From the NCBI RefSeq assembly GCF_018350175.1, contig NC_058368.1, positions 131,628,001-131,692,000 of the forward strand: 64,000 nt of DNA, in the 5' to 3' direction. Positions 52,097 to 64,000 of the stretch are shown here, piece after piece (the stretch's first letter is position 1; each line of letters opens with the position of its first letter). A program made the position numbers and the translations under genes. The notes beneath the pieces are model-generated. The model ran no database searches and was not told where the DNA came from. It was given only the letters and a program-made list of their open reading frames with translations. Origin of the DNA: Felis catus. Lineage: Eukaryota.

Positions 52097-52326
52097 AGGG
52101 TGCCTGGATGGCTCAGTCGGTGGTTGAGTGGCAGCCTTCTGCTCAGGTCATGATCTCACAGTTTGTGAATTCAAGCTGTGCCATCAGGCTTGCTGCTGTC
52201 TGCACAGAGCCTGCTTTAGATCCTCTGTCCCCCCTCTCTCTGTCCCTCCCTCGCTCCCACTCTCTCCCTCTCTCAAAAATAAATAAAACATTAACAACAA
52301 ACAAACAAAAACAAAAAACAACAAAA
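52097..52326 (+). mobile_element. CAN-SINE
   Basis: TSD aaaacac(at)tgattcct. Confidence 0.92.
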
Positions 52327-52903
52327 AAAACACATTGATTCCTGAGCCCCATCCCCATAAACCGCTCCCATGGGGGGTGCGGTCTCAGCATAAAGTGATT
52401 CTCCAGTGCAGCACCGGGACTGATAATTGGTCCTTTCCAGGAGACTCTGCCTGAGTCTCACATACTGCATTCCTAGCCCATTCCCACCCTGTGCTTCCCC
52501 ACCTCCCATCCCACCTGCCCTTGAGAATTTTACAGAAAATCAGAATGTGCCCCTTGCACTTCTGGATGTAGGGCCCTGCCTTCCTTTCTTCCCCTCCCCC
52601 ACTTTCACCTTTTCTCTCTAGAAATATCCTTTGCAGCTTATTAGCATCACTGCCCCAGAAACATCTCCTCATACCTATGGGAAAGAATTCTAAATGCTTT
52701 TAAAGGTGTTATTTCTACACCTGATCCACAAGTCTGCTTTCCTCTCCTTTTCCAATCAGCTATTCCTGAGAAAGAGTTCCTTTTTACATATTAGTCAATA
52801 TTTAAGGAGAGACACTATGGGGTCTCGGGCCTCCCCTAGGACTAGTGGTCCTCCAATCATGCTCAAGAGAATAGTTGTGTTTCAAGAAAAGAACTGAGAG
52901 GCA

Positions 52904-52996
52904 GGGGTGCCTGGTTGGCTCAGTCAGTAGAGCATGTAACTCTTAATCTCACAATTGTGAGTTCAAGCTCCACTTTGGGTGTGGAGCCTACTTAAA
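52904..52996 (+). mobile_element. Short tRNA-Lys-like SINE
   Basis: GGCTCAGTCAGTAGAGCATGTAACTCTTAATCTC..GAGTTCAAGCTCCACTTTGGG. Confidence 0.85.
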
Positions 52997-53007
52997 AGAA
53001 AAAAGAA

Positions 53008-53233
53008 GGGGTGCCTGGGTGGCTCAGTCAGTTGGGCGGCCGACTTCGGCTCAGGTCATGATCTCGAGGTCCGTGAGTTCGAGCCCCGCGTCGGGCTCTG
53101 TGCTGACAGCTCGGAGCCTGGAGCCTGCTTCGGATTCTGTGTCTCCCTCTTGCTGACCCTCCCCTGTTCATCCTCTGTCTCTCTTTGTCTCAAAAATAAA
53201 TAAAACGTTAAAAAAAAAAACAGAAAAAAAGAA
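53008..53233 (+). mobile_element. CAN-SINE inserted in the tail of the preceding SINE
   Basis: CpG-rich full element. Confidence 0.94.
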
Positions 53234-53702
53234 AAAGAAAAGAACTGAGGGATTTCATACCGAAGATTAAATAGTGGTTCTTTTTCTTCATAGAGCAAAA
53301 GAAAAATAAGTTAGTAGATAGAATTTCCTCAACTTGAGGATTCTGCTCTCAAATAAACTTCCTTAAATCCTTAGTACCAGCGATTGCTTGCCTAGTGTGG
53401 AATGAACTAAAAGATGAATCTGATTTTTACACTGGTAAATGAAATCTACCACTACGTCCTGTGCTTTCGAGAACACTACGTCCAGTGGATGACCACCTGA
53501 ACATGTGGGGAACTATGGTCCCAAGGACTTGAAACGTCCACGTTACCCTTACCCCAGACTAGAAGCCCCCTGAGCAGGCTTACTGCTCCACGTTTGGCGG
53601 CTTTAGGATCATATGCACTCTAAGACAAGGGAGGGGAGGTGTTGGAGGTATGGAGTGACTTACCTACGGGCAAGAGGAAGGTCCATCTTTCCCAGGTGCT
53701 TC

Positions 53703-53716
53703 TCTCTCCCTGCCTG

Positions 53717-53757
<41 letters not shown>
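53703..53757. repeat. (CT)n
   Basis: Visible directly. Confidence 0.9.
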
Positions 53758-53759
<2 letters not shown>

Positions 53760-54331
53760 GTCTCCACCCCCACCGCCCACCCCCCCATCCCAAACCATTG
53801 TGAAGAGCCCTTCTCTGAAGGTTTTACAATTTGTCAGTCTCACAACATTCCAAGCCAATTTAATAAATGTTGAGTCCTGTAAATCCCTAACACCTGTGTT
53901 ACACTGAATTTCAGTCACCATAATGAGACACTAGCAAGTGAACCTGTACAGCCACAATAGCCTCCTGACCATAAAGCCTGAGAGCACCATCACCCAGCCT
54001 CAGCTTTGCCCAGAGTACCTCTGTTACTCAAGCTGCATGACCTTGACCTCCCTCTTATACAACGGCAATACTGTCCTCATTATTAGAGAAGAGTCTGGTC
54101 CAACTGAAGTCAAGAGGAGGGCTCCCACAGCAGAATGCCCTGTGGCAGTGTTAGCCAGAGTAGTCTCGTTCCTTCCAGAGCCATCAATCTCAGATATTTT
54201 TTCTTATAAAAACAAAATAAATTCAATATTTGCCCACTGGAAACTAGAGCTTGTACAATTAAACACAGACTCTCGTCTGTCAGTTGTCTCATAGAACAGA
54301 CTGGGGTTGCATTTCAAAAATTTACAGCTGA

Positions 54332-54499
<168 letters not shown>

Positions 54500-54859
54500 T
54501 GAGAAATTACAAGTTTGTTTTACACAAACAATAGAAGGCATTGAATGTACATTCCTCTCTCTTCAAGAAGATATGATAATGAAAACAGAGTCCCTCAGGC
54601 GAGCACAGCTGTGCTCTGACCCTCAAGCAGAGGCCTCCTCTACTGGCCCTGTCAGTCAAGAGCATGGATTCATGGCCATGCTGTGGAAAGCACTGTACCA
54701 GGAGTGGCAAATACAAAAGAACTGGAAACTTGGCCCTTGACTTTAAGAAGTTTACGGCCTATAGGAGGACACTTAAGAAACTTCCAAAGGAAGCTCTCTG
54801 CCATATAGATGTTCACTTATCTAAAAGAAGTAATAACAACATATATTGAGACCTCACAT

Positions 54860-55627
54860 TGTGCCACTGTGGTTCCACACCCAATTCCACTATGTGGGGG
54901 TGGTTTTCCACACCACCAAGCAATTAGGAGACACCAGCGGGGTGTTCTGCAATTCATCTGAATTCTGACAAGACAGGGAGACAGCACCAGATCCCCCAAG
55001 TTAAGGGCTACACATGACTGCCCTCCCCCACCACTTGGGATGTACAGGTGTGAAGCTCCAACGGCCCCTCCATGAGTTTAGTTAATCTGCTTGAGCGGCT
55101 CACAGAATTCAGAGAAACATTTTACTCAGTAGATCACCAGTTTATTGTAAAAGGATATACCTCAGGAACGGCCAGATGTCAGATGCCAAGTACAGAGTGT
55201 GGGGAAAGGACAAGGAGACTCCATCCCTTCCCAGGTGCACCATGGTCCTCAGATCTCCGCCTGTTCACCAACCTGGAAGTCCTCTGAACCTGTCCTCTGA
55301 ACCTTGCTGGTTTTTATGGAGGCTTCATTATGTAGGCATGATTGATTAAATAAATCATTGGCCATTGGTGATTGAAATGTCTTCAGTTCCTTCCCTTCCC
55401 CGGAGGTTGGGGGTGGGACTGAAAGTTCCACCCCTCTGATCACAGAGTTATTCTCCTAGCAACCAGCCCCCATCCTTAGGCAGTTTTTGAAAGTAATCTC
55501 ATTAACATAACAAAAGGCCCCTTTACGCTGTCATCACTTAGGAAATTCCAGGGATTTTTAGGAGCTCTGTGCCAGGACTGAGGTGGGAGACAACTGTATA
55601 TTTCTTATTATAAATCGCAATATCACA
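54860..55627 (-). mobile_element. MER21-like ERV solo LTR inserted in a MIR
   Basis: Ends TTTTAGGAGCTCTGTGCCAGG..TTTCTTATTATAAATCGCAATATCACA, the reverse of the MER21 start; MIR halves at 54830-54859 and 55628-55820. Confidence 0.8.
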
Positions 55628-55820
55628 ACCACTATTCTAAATACTTTACATGGATTAACTGTATTAACTTATTTAATTCTAATAACGCCTTTGAAGGAAA
55701 TAACGACTGTTTCCCAATTTACAGGAAACTGGGGCAAAGAGAGGTTAGCTAACTCTGCGAAGGTCAGACTGTAAATAGATGGTTGAGATGTGGTCCCAGG
55801 CAGTCTGTCTCCAGAGCTAG
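55628..55820 (-). mobile_element. MIR (right part)
   Basis: TTTACAGGAAACTGGGGCAAAGAGAGGTTA..CCCAGGCAGTCTGTCTCCAGAGC. Confidence 0.7.
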
Positions 55821-56989
55821 CCTATGGAAACATACACCTTCACACAGAAATGGAAAGGTATTTTCACGAGAGTGAAACTTCCATAAGGGAACCGCCTCTA
55901 TATGCTTTTGTCAACTATTACCGTAGCTTCTGTACCCAGAGCGATGCCTGGCACCTGGTAGTAAAACCCCCAGCATACAGGATAAATGTGTGTTCAATCT
56001 GTGCCCAACTTTGCAGTCCCAGGGTCTGAAGATCCGTACCAAGGACTTGAAAGAGCACGTTCCCCTACGTGGCCAGAGCGGCCTTAAGTGAAGCAAGCAC
56101 TAGCTTCGGAGAGACATAACCAGAGGGTGGGGAAAGGGTTTTTAGAGTAAGAAAGAAACTCCTGTGGTTCCCCCTGATCAAAGCCTGGGCGGAGGGAGGA
56201 CAGGGTGCTGCTTGCCTTTGAGAGGATTTGGCAGCAGAGCTGGGAGTCTGCTGGCTCAGGGAGCAGCAGAAGGTGGCAGAAGGTGGAGAGGTTCAAGTGG
56301 GAACACCAGATGAAGAGGCCAACAGGTAGCGCGGCCTGAGCTCCACGGCAGGGAGGCAGGGTGTAAGGAAATGAGAGGCAGGGGTGCGGAGCATCAATTA
56401 ACTCGGAGGCCCCCTGAAGGGCCTAGAATCAGACTAACGGGCTTGAGCCACAGGGGTAGTGTTGTAGAGACCTTGCGGTGGTTTCCGGAAGCAGACATTG
56501 TGGTGTCTAAATGGGGTGTCAGATCAGATGGGGGCCCCCAAATGTGGGGTGATGAGCAGGTGGAAGCCAGGGGCTTGGGAGATGAAGGGATTCACCAGAG
56601 GCAGAACAAAGGAGATAGAAGTTTATGGCCTACACCTCAAGGAAGCCACGGGCTGAACAGCAGAGGAGAGGCTGTCTGCAACCAGGCGGTGGGTGGGGGC
56701 TGGTTTCAAAGGGGGAAGACGAGGAGGAATGGAGACATATGGAATGTTCCCTTTTTTGGTAACTGTGCCTGGTGGGAAGTAGCCCATTGATGGGGTAGGG
56801 TCTATGGCTATTTTGAGGTGGCCACCTGATAGATGGGCCTGTGTTCAGCCAGGTGGTCGCTGTGGGCCCTTTCTGCATTCCACCTCACAAGCCTGTTTGC
56901 CTAAAAGTGGCCTCTACAGACACAGTGTAGTGATGAGAGAGCCCCTCCCCCCCCCAGGATGGAAGATTGTTGCTAGCAATCCGCATGGT

Positions 56990-57235
56990 GGTTGGGACCA
57001 GGGACTTTGGATTAAGGCGATGCTTGGGTTTGAATGCTGGCCCTGCCCACTTACCAACTTTGTGCCCTGGAACAAGTTGTTTAACATCCAGCAATTTCAT
57101 TTTCCTCAGCCCTGAAAAGGAGATGATAGCATTACTTACTTCAGAGGGTTATCCTGAGGTTTAAATGAAGCACCGCTTGTGGAACGTCTGCTACGGACCT
57201 TTCAGAGAGCAGATGCTGATGGGTGCTTTATTGTT
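56990..57235 (+). mobile_element. MIR
   Basis: GGGTTTGAATGCTGGCCCTGCCCACTTACC..CAAGTTGTTTAAC..TTTCCTCA. Confidence 0.75.
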
Positions 57236-60053
57236 ATTGTTATTGTTGTTGTTGGTATTGGTATTCTTTACCAGCTGGCCCACCCAGCCTAGCTCAGGAG
57301 AATGCCACATTCTCATCAAATAGAACAGCCCCTGCTACCATGCATTGATCTTGAGCCTGCAGTACAGAACATCGGTCTCTGAGACTTTGGAGTTGGAGCC
57401 ATGTCTGAAGCTATTCTCAGTTTCTTTATATGTCTGGCAAGTTCCCCCTGTCAGCAGCATGGAGGTCTCTCCCTGTACCTCACAATCAGGAGCCCAGGAG
57501 GATGAGTACCAGAGCCCTCAGAAAGAATTTCATGTGCGCCATGTAGCCTCTATTTTAAGTCAAACCATCCAAAATATTTGCTCTACATTTCATGAAATGC
57601 ATCCAATAGTTTCCGAAATGTGCACTAATGGAAAAACGGAAATTTCATTTTATTTACCTAGGACATTTTTATAATCAAAAAAGTATAAATATTTTGTATA
57701 ACTTTGTATTACTTTTATAAAAAGAAAAAAGTAGAATTTTAAATATATTTTTCAAATATAATAATAATAAATGATTGGTACTGTGAATAAAACCATGAGT
57801 GAAAAGGGCATAGTCCAAATAAATGATATTCAGGATTTAAACTTTAAATCTGTTTGGAGCAGGAAAAGGAAAAAGCTAGGAGATTCAAGGACCTGTTCAG
57901 GAGGGAATGAAGCAATAGGATTTTGAAATTTAAAAAAAAAAATTGAGGTGAAGGCTTCAATTCAGGTAATTTCAGATCTCTTCACTTGGGGGAGAAATGG
58001 GACCCTCAGCATGTGATGCCACATCTCTCTTCTTTACATGTTTCATGGGTGCTCACAGCATGATGTCACTATGAGCTGAACAGTAGAGAAAGGGGGTTGT
58101 GAGTCTGAATCAGAGGGTCTGAGAAACCCTGAAGGAAGGAGAGCAGGTCTCTTGGGTCCCTCTGGGAACATTTTTTTAGCAGATGCATATGGCACCATTT
58201 TAATGAACAAATCGGTCAGATTCCTCTGTCTGATTCCATAAACCAAGAAAGACCATAGGGGCTTGCCATGACCTTCCTGGAAATCTTTTGCATGGATCTG
58301 TTTATTACACAGGTCTAGGTTAATACATGCAAGAAATGGTGTGGGGTAAAATGTGGAAAAATGTATCCCAGTTCTTTTCTCGAGGACCTTATTGTCAAAA
58401 CATCTTTGTAACTGGATGAAAACCATTATAGAAAGCCATCTGTTTTCTTTCTGGCTCTTTCTTTCCTTTCTCTTTTTATTCCATTTACATGTGGGTCTGA
58501 AGCAGAGAGACAAAAGGGAAAAGATACCACTACTGGTTCCCTTTTTTCCAACCTCAAACCCTGACCATGTGAAAATCCTGCCAGGCAGGTGCTGGGGGAT
58601 TCTACAAGGGAGACGCTCAGATGCCCCTGTTCTCCAGGCTCCACCCTAGTTCTCAACTCAGAAACTTCCATGTTTATTTCAGCATTTAAAGGTTCAAACG
58701 TATCTCCCCCCTTTCGTACCACAATCAAAACTTGACTCCACAACAGTGTTTTAAATTGATTTTCAGTGGCCAATAAAGGAAGGTGGCCAAGAGCAAGAAT
58801 TTTAATGGGTAGCGATTATGCCCTCATTTCAGACAGTGCCTTTTCTTTCCCATCCTTCCCGTTTAAGACTGGAGACAAAGAGATGCACAAAAGAAAAGTG
58901 AGCTGTCCTCTTTCTGCCGCGGCTCCACAGCAGGCTTCTGACCACGGTCAGGTCTCCTGGCTCTCAGCCCACTGTTCTTGCCACTGCTTCAGCGCCTCTC
59001 CTGTCCTACATTCTGGGTCACTGGCAGTGCTGTAGGGAGCTTCATTAATTATGATAGTCTTGCTGTGTCAAATGGATTACAAATGGAACCACCTGTGGGG
59101 AGCCTGCAAGGTTACTGACAAAGGCTAAAAGGAGATTGGAAAGTGAAGGACAAGCATCTTCTAAATGCGTGTTGTAATCAAACAAAACAAGGTGGCAGAA
59201 ATAAATTAGGCCTGAAAGACAGTTTCACCTTTTCCAGAATTCTGACTTAATGAATGCTGTAGGGTGTGTTTGTACATTCACTCTTGCCTAGAATGTGGTT
59301 GTTGAGACCATGCGTGAGAATCCGTCTGAAGGGGATCAGTCAGGAATCGAATCTGCTCTAGAATGGGTCCCCTCCTGGAGACAGTGCTATTCCAGACTAA
59401 ATTGGGTCTAGGAACAGTTCCCCCAGACTCATACTCTCAATCCACTCCAACCTGGACCCCCCGTATCCATCCTAGCCATGTCGGCAGAAGTGTTTGATAT
59501 CTAGCCAAAGAACATTGGGCAGTTATGCCACCTAGTAAGCCTAGAGATGACCTTTTAGGTCCTTTCATCAGGGCTTCATATACAGACTTTGTGTGCTTCA
59601 GTCTAGTGTGTGAATGTTATTCTGGGTAGTTTTACTCCAGCAGCCCCATATCCTTTGTAATCTCTTCAATCTTTCATCCAGGATTCAGTATGACGTATGT
59701 ACTTCCCTCTCTGCTCCAGTTAATTCACACATCAGTTTCTTAATGCATTACTCTATGTTCAGCCCCTACTCACAAACGTCACATGCCTACTCATTGTCTA
59801 CTAAAAGAAGAACAGACTTCTTTCCCTAACATCTGGTGTCCCCACCATCATCTAACATGTGATGGTATCCGATAATGTGCCAAGTTCTGTGTCAGGTGCT
59901 GGGGTTATCTTTCCCCCTAGAGGCTCTCTCTCTCAACAGAACAAATTGGGTGAGAATTACCTGGGAAGCCTTCCCAAATGACATGCTTCCCTTCATAGAG
60001 ACTGGGATAATGTTTTGGGGGTAGGGCATGTGAATTCTAAAATCAACTAACAC

Positions 60054-60057
<4 letters not shown>

Positions 60058-60105
<48 letters not shown>
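60058..60105. repeat. (CA)n microsatellite
   Basis: About 23 units. Confidence 0.95.
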
Positions 60106-60107
<2 letters not shown>

Positions 60108-60319
60108 TTGGAAAGACAAAGAAACTAGTGCTTAGAATACAACAGTGCCATAATAGCTACAGGTCACTACAAAGACATATTGGATTCTCATCTAGCCATA
60201 TTGGAGTTGTAAGGGGCTGGGGTGTGAGATGGGGGAGAGGGTTGTTGATATCAAGGATTGCTTTTTGGAAAGTGAGTTGAGATTTCTTAGGATGAATCAG
60301 TTAGCCAAAGAAAGAGGTG

Positions 60320-60537
60320 GGGGCGCCTGGGTGGCTCAGTCAGTTAAGCGTCCGACTTCGGCTCAGGTCGTGATCTCTCGGTTTGTGAGCTCAAGCCCCG
60401 AGGTGGGCTCTGTGCTGACAGCTCAGAGCCTGGAGCCTGCTTCAGATTCTGTGCCTGCCTCTCTCTCTGCCCTTCCCCCACTCACATTCTGTCTCTCTCT
60501 CCTTCAAAAATAAATAAACATTAAAAAAAATTTTTTT
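60320..60537 (+). mobile_element. CAN-SINE
   Basis: Perfect 13-bp TSD aaagaaagaggtg. Confidence 0.95.
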
Positions 60538-60768
60538 AAAGAAAGAGGTGAAAAAAAGAAAAACAAAAAGAGAGATGAAAAAAAAGTCTAGGCAGAAGAT
60601 TCTAGATATGTGAAGATATATGAGGAGACGTAAGAGCAGGGCATTTTGTTGAGCTACAAGCACTTCATTAGTTGGTAAAGTGGTTAGAAAAGAGACATGA
60701 AAGACTAGAGAGATAGGAGGATCTATATCATTAAGGCCCCTATAAGCTATGTTAAGAGGTTTGGATTT

Positions 60769-60953
60769 GGGGCACCTTGGTGGCTCAGTAGGTTAAGCAT
60801 CCAACTCTTGATGTCTGCTTGGGTCGTGATCTCACGGTTCATGAGATCGAGCTCTGCAATGGGTTTGGAGCCTGCTTGGGATTCCCCCTCTGCCCCTCCC
60901 CGCCCCTGCTCTCTTTCTTTCTCTTTCTCTCTCTCTCTCTCTCAAAAATAAAA
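60769..60953 (+). mobile_element. CAN-SINE with internal deletion
   Basis: Head, CT tract and short tail; TSD ..ttggattt. Confidence 0.9.
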
Positions 60954-62027
60954 GGGGGCGGGGTTGGATTTTATCCTGAAGCCATTGGAGGGGTTCAGTT
61001 AGGAGACAGTTGCAGTAATCCAGGTGAGAGATGCTTAAGATCTGACCTAGGGCCAGGGGGTTGGAGAAGAGGATGTGAACAACTGATGGGCTGCACAAGA
61101 GAGAAGGCAGAATCAAGGATGAAACCCAGGTTCAGACTTGAAAAGCAAGGTGAATGATGTGTCTATTCACTAAGTCAGAGAGAACAGAGGAGGAACGGTA
61201 GAGATAGAGGATGATTGAAGTTTTGGAGATGGAGGAACTCCCAGAGCAATGCTCAGTGGTGAACACTAGGCATACAAGTATCATGCTGAGGTGAGACATG
61301 TGAGCTGGGAGGCTGGAAATACATATTGAAGCATCATCAGCGTGATGGTAAATGAAGCGAGACCCCCCCACAGAGTGTAGGTATAGAGAAGAGCCTAGAA
61401 TACCAAAATTTAAGATTCAAGGGGGAAAGAACTGCAGTTTACAGAGGGGACTGAAAAGAAAACCAGAAGCACATTATGAAATCAGTCAAAGAAAGTTGTA
61501 AACTAATCCTGAAGGAGGATTGGCATTTGCCTAAGAAAGGAGGACTAAGAAATGGTGTGTGTAAGGGCAGAGAGCCAAGAGAAGGTATGGCCATATTTAA
61601 GGAATTCTATGTATTTCTGTTTTGTACTATTCCCTCCTTCATACACCCTTCATTCCAGACTAGATTGTTTCTTGGAACAAAATTCAAGTTGCCTTTGACC
61701 TCTATGACTTTGTTCACACTGTTTTCTCCATCCAGAAAGCCCATCTCCCCCTTCACCAAATTTGCAAGTTCTCCTCATCTCTTGTGGCCCAGAAAGAACA
61801 CCAAGACCTCCATGATTTCCCACAATTATCTTCTTCCTTCTCCTCCACCTGGGAGTAAGTCCACCCTTAAGAGCTCTCAAAGCACTGTATTTGTATCTCT
61901 CTTATGGCATTCTTAATAAAGCTTCATAGTTACTCAAGCGAACATCCTTGAGACCAAGAACCACCTTTCTTTTAGGACCCTCAACACCCAACATGGAGCC
62001 TGTACTTAGCAGGCCTTTGATTAATGC

Positions 62028-62200
62028 AGGGCTTCTCATAGTGTGGCCTCAGGACCAACAACATCGACATGTCTGGGAACTTCTAAGCAATCCAATTTCT
62101 CTGGCCTCACCCCACACAAACTGACTCAGAAATGCTAGAGGTGAGGCTGTACTTGAACACGCTCTCAGATGTTGCTAATGCAGCTAAGGTTTGAGAACCC
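62028..62200. mobile_element. MER5A-like
   Basis: CAGGGCTTCTCATAGTGTGG..CTGACTCAGAAA..TTTGAGAACC. Confidence 0.7.
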
Positions 62201-62305
62201 GAGTTTGCTGAAGGTCTCCTTTTCTTCTAGAGTAGAAATTTGCAACTACAGTTACATTATGAGCACTTCTCTGGATTCTGAGAATATAGCTTTAAACTTT
62301 AAACT

Positions 62306-62518
62306 GAGCCTGGGTGGCTCAGTCGATTAAGCAACAGAATTTGGCTCAGGTCATGATCTCACGGTTCATGGGTTCGAGCCCCGCCTTGGGCTCTGTGCTG
62401 ACAGCTCAGAGCCTGGATCCTGCTTCAGATTCTGTGGCTTCCTCTCTCTCTGTCTCTCTGCCCCTTCCCTTCTCTCTCTCTCTCTCTCTCTCTCAAAAAT
62501 AAATGAACGTTAAAAAAA
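62306..62518 (+). mobile_element. CAN-SINE
   Basis: Body, CT tract and tail. Confidence 0.92.
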
Positions 62519-63584
62519 GGGTTAAACTCAAATGCTCAGCTGATTATTTGCAATCTTATTTTTATGTCATTCTGTTTATTAACATATAATCTATATAAGC
62601 AATCTTTTATTAGCAAAAGAAATCTGAGCAATAGAGAAGTGGTATCATAGTGCCTTACGTGGCGGCAGTGTCCCTGGCTTTAGTAGTATCCAGGAATTAA
62701 GCTTTGAATGACCAAGATTTTAACTTGCTGATGGCTGAATTACCTATTCTCCTTCTCTTTCACTTTCTCCTCTGCTTTCCTCCCTCCCTTTTCCTTTCTC
62801 CACTTTTCATTTTCACATCTAAAACTGTCCTTGGTTACAGTTCTCTCAGAGCATATGCACTTTGGAGGAAAGATGCTACAAAAGTCTGAAATGTTCACAA
62901 TAAAAATCAAAGGTTTCCCAGCGAGGTCAGGTGAATTCGCCCAGAAAGTGAACCACAAGTGGGGAAACATTCCATTTCCTTCACATTCTTTTGGCAGCCC
63001 ATAATTTCAGAGACAGGATTTCAATCAATGTGGAAAGACACCTTTCCTTGGAGCTGAATCCACTCCAAACCATTCCAAGCAGACTTGCTGCTGCTGAATT
63101 TCAGCATTTACTGCCGGTGTCAGCTTCCCAGGGTGTAGGAAGCTGCTCTGAATTTCTGCCAAGATTGTTTGAGCTTTTGTGTCACCTCAGCCCTAGGTGA
63201 TGATCAGATAAGCTCTGGGCTAGGCAAAGGTGTCACAAATGCTCAAAAAGATGCCCCAAACGAGCGGTCATCCTTAATAGGCAGCCTGTCCTTTGCTTAA
63301 CATCTGAGCGCTTTCTCATCAATTCTAACACTTCTATTCACCTATGAGTGCTCTGTATGTGCACATGTATATATAGCACTCACAAGTGAATGTATGTGTG
63401 CATATCTATCTATCCATAGATAGGCAGAGACAAAAAGAAGGCTGAGTGAGGAGAATTTCAATAGCATAAAAGGTTTTTTTGATTTGCTGTAACGAATGCA
63501 CAAAAGTCAGTCTTGATATAAATCTCATAATACCTGTGCACAATACCTGTATGCTTTTAATACATAGAAAAGAGAATGTGGGAG

Positions 63585-63810
63585 GTGCCTGCGTGGCTCA
63601 GTCGGTTGAGCGTCCGACTTTGGCTCAGGTCATGATCTCATGGTTCGTGTGTTCAGGCCCCGGGTCAGGCTGTGTGCTGACAGCTCGGAGCCTGGAGCCT
63701 GCTTTGGATTCTGTCTCCCTCTCTCCCCGCCCCTCCCCCACTCATGCTCTGTCTCTCTCTGTCCTCAAAAATGAATAAACGTTAAAAAATATTTTTTTTT
63801 AAAAAAAGAG
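63585..63810 (+). mobile_element. CAN-SINE
   Basis: TSD agagaa(t/c)gtgggag. Confidence 0.93.
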
Positions 63811-64000
63811 AGAGAACGTGGGAGCAAACATGACACCACAGGATACACATGTACAGTTTTTTCGTAAATACAACATGTAGCAGGCATTTCCTCATGCAGT
63901 GGCAACAATACACATCTATCTGCACTGCATTTTATAATATATAGAAAAATACCCATTAGGTCACTATGCCAATGTCTTAAATGTTTGGAGAAACGGAAGG

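Larger units (their letters stand above)
51790..52430. mobile_element. MER5-like DNA transposon split by two SINEs
   Basis: CAGTGGATCTCACCCTGG..ATTAAAATCACCAGG..CTTTTTAAAAACACTGATTCCT..GCCCCATCCCCA..GTGATTCT. Confidence 0.65.
60230..61600 (-). mobile_element. L2 fragments interrupted by two SINEs
   Basis: TTGGATTTTATCCTG..AGCCATTGGAGGG..TTGCAGTAATCCAGGTGAGAGATG. Confidence 0.7.

Noticed and set aside
52406..52426. REST/RE1-like site (CAGCACCGGGACTG)
   Set aside because: Half-site spacing is off by one, the right half is degenerate, and it lies in a MER5-like remnant.
56371..57164. Cluster of longer ORFs in a G-rich region
   Set aside because: No recognisable protein similarity or splice structure; explained by stop-poor composition and MIR overlap.

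Overview
Mammalian genomic DNA from a felid (cat family), judged by abundant feliform CAN-SINEs (SINEC_Fc type) and a young cat-type L1. The whole window lies inside RGS7BP (R7BP, the membrane anchor of R7-family RGS proteins) on the + strand. Three internal coding exons are present (25993-26123, 43862-44009, 54361-54431), all with canonical AG/GT ends. They splice in frame to (G)[116 protein letters not shown]. The first exons and the last exon (polybasic region plus palmitoylated Cys) lie outside the window. The rest is intron, dense in transposons: about 34 CAN-SINEs, a decayed ~6.4 kb near-full-length sense L1, a young 680-bp L1 with a perfect target-site duplication (TSD), older L1/L2/MIR fragments, solo LTRs, MER DNA transposons and microsatellites. 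Almost all ORF-track entries are spurious repeat-derived frames. I found no convincing new biological system. The most interesting signals are retrotransposition architecture (twin priming, nested and repeated insertions, orientation bias, an inverted SINE pair) and two candidate intronic regulatory islands. Repeat family names and exon numbers come from memory, not from a search.
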